The position numbers and the translations under genes are program-made. A DNA stretch of 64,000 nt. It comes from Eledone cirrhosa. Its lineage: Eukaryota. The notes under the pieces were generated by a model. It saw only the letters and a list, made by a program, of their open reading frames with translations. It was not told where the DNA came from and did no database searches. Below, in pieces: positions 14,069-27,835 of the stretch. Position 1 is the stretch's first letter; each line of letters opens with the position of its first letter. The stretch spans positions 93,434,001 to 93,498,000 of the forward strand of contig OZ024740.1 in NCBI GenBank assembly GCA_964016885.1, written 5' to 3'.

Positions 14069-14550
14069 GCAGATGACAGGCGCCGTCTAGTGTATTCCAG
14101 GAGAAGTAGCCGTGACTGCTGTCTAAGAGCATTCCAAGCTCTGGCTATCTTCGGGAGAGTGCTTTTCCTCCTATCTGCTGGAACTTGAAACAGCCGAGAA
14201 TATATAAATGTTCGCCCGTGTAGATGAGTTGATTAGACTCATTTATATACGGATCTGTGTAATTTGACTCAATTTGAAAGTAGAATTAACATTTAACTCC
14301 GAAATAGCTATATACATACACAATATGCAGAGCCCGAGGGCTAGCGCCGTCTAGCAGATTCAAGAAGCAGGGGCGATGATCTATTCTCTATGCATATTTC
14401 AGAATCGGGCTGCAATGCGGAGAGTGGTTTCTCTGCTATCTGCTGGAACTGGAAACAGGTGAAATATATATATATATATATATATTGCATGAGTAGATAG
14501 GCTGATTAGCTTCATTTGCATATGGAACTATAAGTTTGCTCAAAATGAAA
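14069..14550. repeat. Old diverged tandem duplication (~275-bp period)
   Basis: gcgccgtctag...ggagagtg...ctatctgctggaact.gaaacag..gtagat.g..tgattag.ctcattt occurs twice. Confidence 0.65.
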
Positions 14551-14639
14551 ATAAATATGTTTGTTTATGAAGCATACCGTATTATCTTTAGATATCAGCA
14601 ATTCACAGAATCTTATTTATACTACAATGATGGAGATAC

Positions 14640-14682
<43 letters not shown>

Positions 14683-14819
14683 CACAGAAAAACAGAGAAT
14701 CAGTGTTGCGACGAAATAAATTTGTTGGACATATTACAATTGTTTTTCGGGCGACCAGCTGCAGGCACGATCGATATGGTGATCAGACTCTGAAATCGCG
14801 CGGTCCTTGGATACGTCTA

Positions 14820-14870
<51 letters not shown>

Positions 14871-14873
<3 letters not shown>

Positions 14874-14973
14874 CGAGTAGGACCCCGACGGCTGAGCTCA
14901 AGCCGTTTCGACGGCTAGTCCAGAATTAGCCGTCGAAACGGCTTGAGCTCAGCCGTCGGTGTCCTACTCGTTC
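14871..14973. repeat. GC-rich fold-back hairpin containing the 3' half of an HHR on each strand
   Basis: gacggct-agtccagaatt-agccgtc GAAA cggcttgagctcagccg TC ggtg, mirrored; related pieces at ~20280-20390 and ~61240. Confidence 0.8.
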
Positions 14974-15079
14974 CTATTACCCACTCTACTACCCTAAGTA
15001 TTCAGTACTTTGGTGCTTTATGGTCCACCTGGTACCTTACCACATTTATTCCGTTATATATATATATATATATATTATT

Positions 15080-15624
15080 TTGTAAAATAAATTCCCAAAT
15101 GCAAGCGCGAAGTATAATGAACTTGTTCATGTGACAGTTATAATTTCATTTTTAACCAATCAAATTACGCTTATAAAAGAATGCCTTCGTGAGCTACCGT
15201 TTTTTTTAAGTAACAAGTAATTCAAACACGAACTGGCGCAAAAGCTGATGTTCATATTCTCGTGACTGCATTAACCAACCAAACTTCACTCATATATGAA
15301 TAGACAACCTGAGACCCCCCCCCCTACCGCTTTGTTTGAAGGCACATATAATGAGAACTTTGTAACCTGAACTGGCGTGAAATTTATTATACGTATTCAC
15401 CAGCCAGCCAAACTACTTCTCGAAAAACCTAGCATTTCCAGCCACTTTTATCCATATAAAACAGAAGTAACATTCAAAGACCAACCAGATGTGAGAAAAA
15501 CCACAAACCCTCGATCTCAATTCTACTTTTGAAAAGAAGAAGAACTGCGAACCCGGTAAAGGAACCAAATAAATATATATTTAAAAAAAAAGACTCCAGT
15601 TGCATTTCAATATCAGCTTTTTCA

Positions 15625-15628
<4 letters not shown>
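15080..15628 (+). mobile_element. Interspersed repeat family B (PLE-terminus-like, carries mutated U3-A8 HHR)
   Basis: Homologous to 32540-33090, 33310-33670 and 38328-38695; ends directly in (AT)n. Confidence 0.75.
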
Positions 15629-15715
<87 letters not shown>

Positions 15716-15791
15716 TACATTTTGCTCTGGTACTTACATAGAGCACTCTTCACTTCTATGACCTTTTCTGCTTTCAACGGAAATTTCAATA

Positions 15792-15864
<73 letters not shown>

Positions 15865-15886
15865 GGACATTATTAGAATGTTAATG

Positions 15887-16006
15887 TTGAGTTCAAATCC
15901 CGCCGAGGTTAACTTTGCCTTTCATCCTTAAGGGGTCGATAAAATAAAGTACCAGTAATGTACCGGGTAATTGCTGGCATTGAATAAAAAGTAGAAACAA
16001 TTATTA
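15887..16006 (+). mobile_element. SINE copy 3, 5'-truncated
   Basis: gagttcaaatcccgccgaggttaactttgcctttcatcc...aaagtagaaacaattatt. Confidence 0.85.
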
Positions 16007-16899
16007 CAATGTTAATGAATAGTAAATTAAATCTCAAATTTAAACGATGGTATATTTGCAGACATTGTTATTGTTGGTGTGATGCAAAGATGTATACTAT
16101 CCCTCACCCACACCCATCAACATCAATCCATCATTCCGGCGTTATATCCTACTTTGCTTCCATTACATTTCTTCCGACTCCATATCTTCTTTCTTCATTT
16201 CCAACCCATCCATCACTACCTTTAAACGTGCCCATAATCTCCATGTCCAACATATAAGTAGATCGCTCTTCTCTTCCACTACGACTCCATCTGACTCGAA
16301 TCTATATTATTGCCACCATGGTGACACCTGTACGTTCCTTTCCAACTTCATCTATTCTCTTGTAAATTAATTGTTGTTTCCATACCTGCCACACCTCTAT
16401 CGCCCCCTCGACTAATGTTGTACATGCCCTAGAATGCTTTTTTTGCGAGACCTTATAAATCAGAAAACAGGCCACCGCTGGATGAACTGATTTTCAGAGA
16501 ACTTGAAGGATATACGGCTTCACATATATAACCTCGTCTCTTATCATTTCCATACCCCACACCTCTTTATACATATCTCTGTCCTGGAGGTCATATTTTG
16601 TCACGTGTTGCCAACCTCACGCACCAGGGTCCAACAGAACTAGATTTTCCGCGTTGTGTCCACTTTCGGAAATGAATTTAATATCTCAAAATGTTCTTTG
16701 CTTTATGCGTACCCTGCACACAAGCCAATGCTAGCAGCTCAATACATCTGTCTACTGAGACTCCTACGGTTTCAAGAGTGTGCACATTCACTCCTCAATT
16801 TTCATACAGATTCATTACGGTCAGTATAAGTCTAACAATAGTTTTAACAGGAATACCATTAAAATGCCTTAATCTGCAATTGCCAATTCACACACGTAT

Positions 16900-17240
16900 A
16901 CAAACAATCCTGAGGTTGGGTTCTTGCTGCAATTGTATAAATAAAGACTACAGTCACCCAAGTAATATATTTTATGGGTGTAATGTTCATACACCAAGCC
17001 TTCATAAGGTTTACGTAGGCTTAACCACCAACATATGTAAGCAGCTTTTATACATGCACTCTCATTAATTTCGGCCACTTTTGGCTATATTGGGATTAAA
17101 ATGACAATAACATACAATGTAGTTTAAATTGAGAAAGCATATCTAAGTTTAGGGATTATAACATAAATAGAATACGTAAGGATATCTCTGTCGCTGAATT
17201 CCTGGAAATCCGTCAGCCATCAAATGTATTAAAAACAAAT
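16900..17240 (+). mobile_element. Decayed PLE GIY-YIG endonuclease fragment
   Basis: CNCINK..NIFYGCNVHT..KVYVGLTTN..KQ resembles PLE endonuclease motifs. Confidence 0.5.
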
Positions 17241-17463
17241 TAGAAGCAATTTCTGTTTCTGAACATAAAGTGTATAAAATAATTTTATATTACAGCACAA
17301 TAGTATAATCTAAGCGAACACATAGGGACAACATGCATATGATATACCACACCACGTGATAACTAAAAACAATCAAAGGCAATTTATATTATTACATATT
17401 ACACACACAAACCGACTCAGAGACACACACATGCACACACGCACACGCACACACACACACACT

Positions 17464-17497
<34 letters not shown>

Positions 17498-17689
17498 GAT
17501 AGATAGATATATATATATACATATAGAGGATAACAATATATCGTTAAAGTTAATCCGATAAGAGGTTGTGAAAACTACTTATCATGGATAGTTTAAGAGT
17601 ACGGCGTTGTGTGACTCAACAAGAGGTTTACGTGGATGGCGAGTTTATGACTTCACTTGTATTCCTATGTAAGTATATCTTGGAGTGAT

Positions 17690-20152
17690 AACATTGAAAA
17701 AGTGAAGAATAACATGGTCAACAGTACAAACAAGGAAATGTATTTACAGTCTAACAATTGTTTCTATGAAAGAGTTGTCTAAAAATTGCTAAACACTGAA
17801 GGCACAGGCACTCAATTTAAAATACATGCAACCCACATCATTTCGTCAGAGACTAAGAGAAAATACAAAATATATGCGTAACGGTAAATTTATGAATTCA
17901 AATTACCACATCAATAATAATATTAATAATAAAGATATATTACTTAAGGCAGGCCATAAAGAGCGACTCAAATACATACCAGATACAAAAAAATAGCAAC
18001 ACACTTAATGAGAATAATACTTTCCACAACCATAAAAATAACAAACCTAGGACTAAACGCATTCATTGGCATCATACACGTAATTTAAATGAACAGAATG
18101 CTAATACAAAAAAAACCCTAGTAGCCATAGAAGATGCAGAAATATACACGATTTATGGTTTAATCCAATGTTTAACTCCTCTATTAAAACTAAACTTCCT
18201 TTCACTTTCTTTAAATTAGTTGACAAACACTTCCCTAAATCTCATAAATATCGTAGCATCTTTAATAGAAAAAACTATCAAATTATCATACTCCACTGCC
18301 AATTACAGAATCGCACATTCAAAACATTAACTGCAAAATAATTTATAATTCAAGTAGCCGGCAAGTATGTAACATATCACCAAATACAGAACATAAACAT
18401 ATTATATCATCGCAACTGAACACACACAGCAGCACACCACCACAATACATCGACCTAATTCGCAGCTCATACATAACAATATGCAAAATCGTATATTAGA
18501 ACCGGCGCATAGGAAAGCATATTTATGTAAATACCACTTACCTGACAAATGCCCTTTATAAACAGATACCTAGATAAAAATATAGTATACCTATGTACTA
18601 TAAATTGGCATGGTTCCATTGACATCGGTTCCACTGCTGCTGAATTTAAAAAAAAGGTGATAAGTGCACAGACATTATATGATTAATAAGAATATCACAA
18701 ACACAACAACTCTCGCCAACACAATCTGGCAACTCAAGAATGCAAACATAGAATACCAGATCAGTTGGACAATATTGTCATAAGCAAAGGCCTATCATAT
18801 TGTATGTCCCATTGCAGGCTCTGTAACATGGAACTTTTCCAAATTCTTAATTTCAGCAAAACCCTTCTTAACAGTAAAAGTGAACGAAATATGTTTTGTC
18901 GGCACAAATCAGCAACGAAATTCGAGAACTTTAGACCAACTTAATTCCATTGTATGTTCCTTATCCCTTTTATACCATTATAATATACTACGATATCACA
19001 TTATTAGCAGCATTGTTACCATTATAATGATCAAAGAACAACATGAGAACATTTTGTATTGACACTTTTATTTTATACACCGCGATCTTTCACCATTTGT
19101 CTTTGCATTTCTTTACTTAAACCTATTTCATCTCGATCATTTTATCTTATCGTGTAATGCATCTTACACTAGATAATTTACTTATTAAAATATATAAATA
19201 TATCCAATATTATAATATTTAACTTAACATCTATCCATATTTAATAATCATCAATAACTATTCACAATAACATTAACACCATTAATATTAATCTTATTAG
19301 TCTCTTCAAAGCATTTATTTATTTATATATTATCATATCTACGTTTCAAATATTATACCATTTTATATAACAATAGATGGAAATTGTTTATTTACTCATA
19401 TATCTATTTATTTATGTGTTTATCCTTTTATTTATGTATTTATTTATTTAATTATTTACTTATTTATTTATTTATTTATTTATTTGTTCCTATGCTTAAA
19501 TCTCTATTTTTACTTGCTTTCATTCTTGTATTAACGTATATTCGTCTGTCTGTTTATCTTCCTTCTTCTCTCCATCATATTTCTACCTGTATTTATCAAC
19601 AATTACTCACCCGGTCGCATGCCTTTATTCTTCTGTATCCCACATGATGTCTCTACTTGTTTTTCTTTTTTCCTTCTTCATCTTTCTCTATCTCTTTCTC
19701 TTTTTTCTTCTTCATCCTTCATTTTCTTCTCTACATTTACTTCATCTATCACCCCTCTTTTCTTTCTATCTGTATTTTTATTATTAATATTATTTTTATT
19801 TTGATGTGATAGCTTTATTACGTAATTTTGCCGGTTACATATCACCGTATTTTCGTTTTCTCTTTCGTCTTCTCAATTCTATATGTCCCCCTTCCTTTAT
19901 TTCTCTCTATATCTTTATTATTAATTATTATTGATGTGGTAATTTCAATTCATGAATTTACCGTGACGCATATATTTTGTATTTTTTTCTTAGTCTCTTA
20001 CGAAATGATGAGTTTACGTGTATTTTGAATTGACTGCCACTGCCTTCAGTGTTTAGCAATGTTTAGACAACTATATCGTAGAAACAATTGTTAGACTGTA
20101 AATAAATGTCCTTGTTTGTACTGTTGACCATGTTATTTTTCACTTTTGCAAT
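17690..20152 (+). mobile_element. PLE 3' fragment with inverted pseudo-LTR (17690-17935 vs 19925-20152)
   Basis: Decayed ORF ~18150-18935 (WFNP, FLKLVDKHFPKSHKYRSIFNR, IGSTAAEFKKR, TLANTIWQLK, CRLC, CRHK); ~240-bp inverted repeats carrying an HHR. Confidence 0.8.
17748..17854 (-). ncRNA. Type I HHR with enlarged stem II; mutated plus-strand twin at 19992-20097
   Basis: Minus strand AGUCU CUGACGA AAUGA..~70 nt..UCAUA GAAA CAAUUG UU AGACU. Confidence 0.6.
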
Positions 20153-20184
20153 TTTATATATACATACATATATATATTCTCTCC

Positions 20185-20279
<95 letters not shown>

Positions 20280-20404
20280 CAAAGGAATTGTGGTAAGGAA
20301 CCAGATGGACCATAACGCACCAAAGCACTCAATACTTAGGGTATTAGAAAAATATAGCTGTCGAAATGGCTTGAGCTCTGCCGTCGGCGTCAACGTTTTC
20401 CTAC

Positions 20405-20470
<66 letters not shown>

Positions 20471-20554
20471 ATTATCTGTTAATTGGCGAAACACATTTTA
20501 GTTATGTAATACATGTTAGTCCCTTAACTATTAAATTGATTTATGTGACATATA

Positions 20555-20623
<69 letters not shown>

Positions 20624-20659
20624 GCGTGTATGAGTGTGTGTGTAATTATAACATCAACT

Positions 20660-21300
20660 GAGTATACACTGTTATTGTACATAGGTTACACGTCATGACG
20701 TATATGATCGAGGTCTTTACAAGCAACTTTGCTAGGCTTTATATTCCGATTGCTGAATGAGGAAATGTGCAAGTAGAACCCTTCTTTAAATGGTTCCTAC
20801 TCCGTTCCCGTACATGTTCACTGATTTCTGGTTGTTTTATGTTTTTGTATTTAATCTCTTCCTTGTAGACTATGTAATTTACTTTACAATTATGTTTCAT
20901 GGACAGTTCTCAATTATCCCGCAAGAGCATACTAGTTTCATATGTGTTTTCTTATTCTCGGATATTCTAGATTTCATAGACACAGGGCAAGTATAATATA
21001 TCCTCACCCAGCGTAGGTTGAAACCCTTACTGTTCCTATGCTGTAGTGGAAAATGTCTGTCAATAGTGTCTTATGTTTTCTTACCTAAATGTGTCCTTAT
21101 GATAAATAAGTATGGGGATGTATGTTTAAACAGACTGATTCATTTGTCTATATATATTCACCTAATCCACTATCTCAGGGGGATTGCCCTAGCATGCTGC
21201 TGCATAATTCATAGGTTTGAAATATATTACCCAACAACACCATTAGCCTATATCGATAAGCCTCACTAGCCCATAATTCCTTGATGTTATATTAGACCTA
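20660..21300 (-). mobile_element. Decayed PLE fragment (RT end / endonuclease start)
   Basis: Minus frames give KHNCKVNYIVYK and IDRHFP-like motifs. Confidence 0.45.
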
Positions 21301-22431
21301 TCAACATGCACACATATTATTGATCATAGCTGAAAGGAAAACAAAACTAAAACATAGTAACACAGTATACTGACACAGACCGAGCTACGATGTTTGAGGA
21401 TCTAGTGCCTAATACTGACCGAATTATCTTGAACCTATCAACTCTTAGATAGATATTTGAAAATCAGCTCCATTCTGCAATAGGGCCCTCTGAGTTTATT
21501 GAAAGAAGAGATCATGTACATGAACAATAGACATAAGAATAGAAATCAAAACCTGGAAACTATTAGAAGGAAATTTACAAGCAAAACTATTTTTTGAAAA
21601 GTCATTTCATGCTATGCTTTCATATTGACACATATATGCGCAGAGACGCAATTCTATATAATTGATGTAAATAAATATTTGAAAATGTTTTACCAATCCC
21701 ATATGAGATATGATAAATGATATTTGCTCAAACATAATTTTTATTCATTTTTAATGATGACAAGGCAACGATTAAAATGTTAGCGTATTTATAAATATTC
21801 AACCCTCTTTTTTTATATATGTAACAGTGTTGCTATGGAACCGATATTTTAATTTCCTTTCTTATATAGTCTGTTGAATTCTAAGTCGTTATTCTCTCAA
21901 ACATTGCATATATAATTGCATTCCAATTTGCTTAACAAAATGCAACAATATATCGAACAAAAATATACAAATCATTTGGTGAGATTCTCTTATTTTGCAA
22001 TTCTCACTTCAGTCTGGCTGACTGATAAATTATTTTCCAGAATAACAACCACGTATTTATGGTCTTTCTAATATCCATACATTTTACATGCATTTATCTG
22101 AAGCCAGAAAGAAAACTGCCTTAAGAAAGCAAACATTCAGATTGAGCTAATAATCTATCCATATATTTATACATATATGTCTCTAGTTTTACCGCAGACA
22201 TAATGAGGTGTAGCTATGAATTGCTTTCATTAATTCCCTGGCACCTAATGCATTTAGAATAAATAAAGTATTCAAATACGTGTAGTCACACATGCGAAAC
22301 ATACCCACACTAACGAAGACATACTTAAAGCAATATCTAAACTATAATAAAGTAAGGAGCGCGGGACTATGTACGGTTTATAATTTTGTATCCCAATAGT
22401 AAAATAAGTTGCATTACTAGGAATAAATAAT

Positions 22432-22625
22432 TGTTTCTACTTTAGGCACAAGGCCAGCAATTACCCAGTGCATTACTGGTACTTTATGTTATCCACCCCG
22501 TAAGGATGAAAGGCAAAGTCAACCTCGGCGAGATCTGAACTCATATCGTAAATGGACGTAACTATGCTGGAAAGCATGGCGTCCGACCCTCTACCGATAC
22601 TGCCAATCCACCACCCTCTGCCAAT
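22432..22625 (-). mobile_element. SINE copy 4 with 11-bp TSD
   Basis: Reverse complement of SINE; gaataaataat at 22421-22431 and 22626-22636. Confidence 0.9.
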
Positions 22626-23849
22626 GAATAAATAATGAATGAATATTACATAATTTATCTACTAAATGTTGTGGCTGTTGATTAAATATATTTTGTTTAT
22701 TTAAAGATTCACTTCTTTAAAATTTATGAAATGTCAACCATTTCGGTTGGCCATCGCTTAAATAAACATACTAATTGTGTCACTAATTTTCTACTAATGC
22801 ACTTCATATATAATATCGTCTTTTCTAATGTAACATGGATTACGTTACTGATTAAATAAGACAGTGTAACGCAGTTGTCGTTCAATTTCTATGTATTATA
22901 TATTGTCAATTACGGTTTTATTTGATGTATATAAGTTTAACGTATGTTGATGCCCTATAGACACATATTGGTCTGTTGGAGACGCAGGACATGGCAGCGA
23001 TATTGAGGGACAGAGACTGCTGGAGAGAACACGTCCTTGGATCTCGGGAATTTTACCCGCCCTTGATAGATAGATACCTGCCTATAATATCAATATGCAC
23101 ACTACACATGCCAGCAGAAAACCAACCGAAGGGTAGTTATTCTGCTAGTCAATGTTATTAATAATACACAATTTATATATTTGATTATATAACATGAGGC
23201 ATTGTAAAAATATGATAGATGGTAATGATGATTATGATACTTGCGTAACTGCTGCTGCTCGAGTTGAAGTTAAAGCATATTTTTGGATACTAAATACATT
23301 AAGATTATTATTCAAACAAAAACAATATTAAGAAATATCTCGAGTACTGAGACAAGATAGTTTAGGCTAGCTTGGTATTTCCTTTTCTGCTAATCGTTAT
23401 TTTCTTATTTACATAAAATAGTTTTACACACCAGTATGAGATATCTCCTGCACGTGCTTTTAGATTATATACTACTTCAGCTATTGAATCAACACTCATG
23501 CTTAAATAAATTTCTTTCGGGAAATTTCTCCCCACAGATCAACCAAATATGTTATTATTTCCTTATAGAATGATGCTACCATACTTCCATATGAACCGAT
23601 TTCGGATTCATTATAACGATTACAGACGATTCTCTACATCAATACATTTGCAAAACATAATACGAGTATTCCATTTAAGTGTACATTTGAAAATACATAT
23701 GAATGTGTTTTTGTGATTATATTTGTAGGTAGACATGCAGGTACCTGTTACCATGTATATATAAGCTTCAATGAGTGCTTCTGTATGTCAAAGTCATAAA
23801 TGATATTGTTGTTATGCAGATGGACACAGGCATGCGTATATATATATAC

Positions 23850-23960
<111 letters not shown>

Positions 23961-24127
23961 TATATATGGCATAACAAGTTATCGTTATAGGTAATCGAGT
24001 TAGTGGTAGATAGTTCTCTGTGTGGTGGATAATTTTAACGTACGGCTTTGTTTGACTCAACAATATGTTTCCTTAGTTAGGCAGCGAGTTAGCGGGAGTT
24101 CCTATGTACGTTATACTTGGAGTAATA

Positions 24128-24449
24128 ATAGTGAAAGAATGAAGAGTAACATGGCTGGCTGTACAACAACGGGCTTCATTCCAGGTATTAACAATTGTTT
24201 CATTGATCAGGTGAGTCTAGAGGCCGCTAATCGCTCAAAGTTGCGTCACTCGATCTCCATTACATTATTTACCTCTCATCAAATCCTCAGAATATTCTAA
24301 GGATTCCATCAGAGGTAAATAATGTAATGGAGATCGAGTGACGCAAGTTCGAGCGAGTAGCCTCCTCTAGACTCACCTGATCAATGAAACAATTAGTAAT
24401 ACCTGAAATAAAGCCTCTTGTACAGCCAACCATGTTACTCTTCATTCTT

Positions 24450-24456
<7 letters not shown>
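24128..24456. repeat. Fold-back hairpin (~160-bp arms) ending in (AT)n
   Basis: atagtgaaagaatgaagagtaacatgg... vs ...ccatgttactcttcattctttcactat; contains GAAACAATTGTT motif on minus strand. Confidence 0.88.
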
Positions 24457-24518
<62 letters not shown>

Positions 24519-25882
24519 GCTATTTTGTCTCTACATCTGTATACATCATGCTGGAAAATTGAATGTTAAACCAATAATGCAACATTTAAGAACTATATTA
24601 ATTTTTGCACGTACATATATTGCTACATTTCAAGGATTACATCTACGTCAACGTTATTGCTTTCATCATCCTCATCATCAATTTCATCTTCACCATATCC
24701 CTCTTGATTACAAGCCACGACTACCACTCCACATTTAACATCGTATGCATTCCTATTATTCTCGCCCCTCTTTTAACTTATTGGCACATATATTTCAATA
24801 TACACTTTTTCTAATTATTTGAAGAATGCAATAACAGCGATACAACTATTAATTCCGTTTATCTTAGCTGCTAAAATCGTTATACCCATATACTCTCCAC
24901 CAGTTGTTTATGCACACATTTCATCACTATTTCTCCTGAACACGAACATGCAAAGTCAATACGTCGGCGAATTCAGCTTGTGAACCCTTATTGCCATCAT
25001 ATATTATATTTTTGCAATTGCCAGTGCGAAATTAGAATAGTAGCATATAAACAAATTGCATTTACAGTAGTTGAGCACAGCAGCAAACAATCATCCATAC
25101 ACTCGCATAAACTGTTCAGAAGAACTTTAAAGTCTACAGCAAACGTATATCTATTACTTACATTGGCGTACTGCATTTCGTGAGATTAACTGGGCACCCT
25201 TAAAATATATGGGTGATTTACTGCTCTCAACAATTGATATAGCTCAACACTGAAGATACCTGATTCAGCAGCAACATAATTCTAAGTTACTCTCTCTCAC
25301 TCTCTCTCTCTCTGAAATACACACTCGCAAAAAAAAAAATAATAAACGACACAACTAATAGATCTCAAAACGAAAAGATAATGACAACGGAGCTACTAAA
25401 CATCATGGCATTATGCAGAGAAAATATTTCAATTTCGATTGGTAATATGTAAGTATAGTATATGTGGATTATATAAAATTAATTTTCGTAGGCTAAATAT
25501 TAAGAGAAAGCCTGAAGTAAAATTAATATGTAAATAATAAATTCTAGTATTTGCATTAGATCTGATAACCTGAAAGAAGGTAAACTTAAATTCTCAGCTC
25601 GTGTCATTATATCAAGAGCTCTGGTGTTGTTATTAATGTGATAACATGGGTCTGAGAGTCAGGCAGTTTGGGATTCTGGTCTGAATGGTAAATCCTGACC
25701 AAGAGCCAGCTCTTTGGGAAACCCTTGTGATCAGGATTGAGCAATATATCTCTTATGTAACACCTCCAATTATTCTTATTATATAGACTCTGCTCTGCAT
25801 CTAGGACTGATTTTCACCAGTTATCTTCGGACGTACTGAAACTACAGCATGTTTGCATATATAAATATATATATATATGCAC

Positions 25883-26003
<121 letters not shown>

Positions 26004-26079
26004 TATGTGTATGTGTGTGTGTGCTTGTGTGTACATATATATATATATATATATATTTATATGTGTGCGTGTGTATATC

Positions 26080-26118
<39 letters not shown>

Positions 26119-26812
26119 ATAAATATATATGTGCGTGTATTATGTACAGACGCTAGTGAAGGCTAATGTCGCGACGTCTGTGACTTCATTATTTTTTATT
26201 AGTTTTAAATAAAAAAAGAACACGTTTGATATGTTCATATGCATTTAATATCAATACTTATTTTTATATCAGCAAATTATAAATTTTCTTTTTCCCGGTT
26301 ACGAAGGGTCTTCGTAACGTGGCTGTACTAACAGTGATTTATGACACATATGGGATGGGTCATTCTTATGACTACTAGACTAGGACATAGTTAATCTTTG
26401 AAGTGAGAATATGAAGATCCAGAAATTCGTGGTCATGTCATACTATATTTACAACCAATAAAATCGGCGAGGTAAATAACTCCTGACAACTTTTTCCAAG
26501 CTAAGTTCGCACATCTAATTTCAAGTGCAGACATATAATTTGTTTATTAGTTAACAACAATTTAAATTGCACTTTAAATTTTCAAATGGCACAATGGGAA
26601 TTAGTAACTGGCAATTGTGTCTTCTGTACGACAGATAAACAGGTCTAGCTCTCTGGGACGGCTTTATATAATCCTAGATGTATAAACCAATGAAATAACA
26701 AGCCTGCACACTATGAAATTTGTTGATAGAATATGCGCATTCTAGAGTTGAGGTCAGCCATTTTGTGGAGTTATGGATGGGACAAACTAGAATATATTAC
26801 TTTCCTCGTTTC

Positions 26813-26993
26813 GGTGAATTGGCAGTACCGGTAGAGGGTTGGACGCCATGCTTTCTAGCATAGTTACGTCCCTTTACAGCCTGAGTTCAAATCCCGCCGA
26901 GGTTAACTTTGCCTTTCATCCTTACGGGGTCGATAAAATAAAGTACCAGTAATGTACTGGATAATTGCTGACCTTGTGCCTAAAGTAGAAACA
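26813..26993 (+). mobile_element. SINE copy 5 with 17-bp TSD, inserted in a PLE RT remnant
   Basis: attactttcctcgtttc (26796) and attattttcctcgtttc (26994) flank the SINE. Confidence 0.9.
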
Positions 26994-27010
26994 ATTATTT
27001 TCCTCGTTTC

Positions 27011-27350
27011 ATTAATCGTATTGGCGGATGGTTCGACTCTGTGTATAGGCTTTTGTTTTCCATTTTATTTGTATAGGTTTTATTGCTGTTGCATAAACAA
27101 TTAAACTGAGAACTACACATTTCAAATTCTTTACAGTATTGATGGATAAACCGAGTCATTTGAAGAGGAACTGTGATGTATGTTGTATCTGTCTGATCGT
27201 TGTTTATACATGTCCCGTCCTTATTAAATGACTGCGAGTCTCTGATACATCCTTCTATAAGCAAAGGAAAGTTGTTGTTGAATACGTAGTGATTATACTT
27301 GTTGTTCCATAGAGGCAGGCTCGACTTCTGATATGAGGGCTAAGGATTAA
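27011..27350 (-). mobile_element. Decayed PLE reverse transcriptase C-terminal fragment
   Basis: ORF 26995-27264 contains KTYTNKMENKSLYTESNHPP, resembling the PLE thumb motif Y..KP....Y....SNHPP. Confidence 0.5.
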
Positions 27351-27419
27351 TAAATGCCCTTACAAATATCACTGCGTGTAGAATAGTTCTCTCTCTATAT
27401 ACATTTCTCTGCTCCCTCT

Positions 27420-27532
<113 letters not shown>

Positions 27533-27576
27533 TATATAAACATGTATATATATGTATATGTATATGAATATATATA

Positions 27577-27635
<59 letters not shown>

Positions 27636-27725
27636 GCATGTATATATATATGTATATATATATGCATATATATATATATATATATATGCATATATATATG
27701 CATATATATATATATATATATATGC

Positions 27726-27757
<32 letters not shown>

Positions 27758-27760
27758 GCA

Positions 27761-27797
<37 letters not shown>

Positions 27798-27835
27798 GCA
27801 TATATGTATATATATTTATATATATATATATATAT

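Noticed and set aside
25560-25840. Higher-complexity stretch considered as a host exon
   Set aside because: No convincing long open frame with splice sites or recognisable domain in the frames I checked
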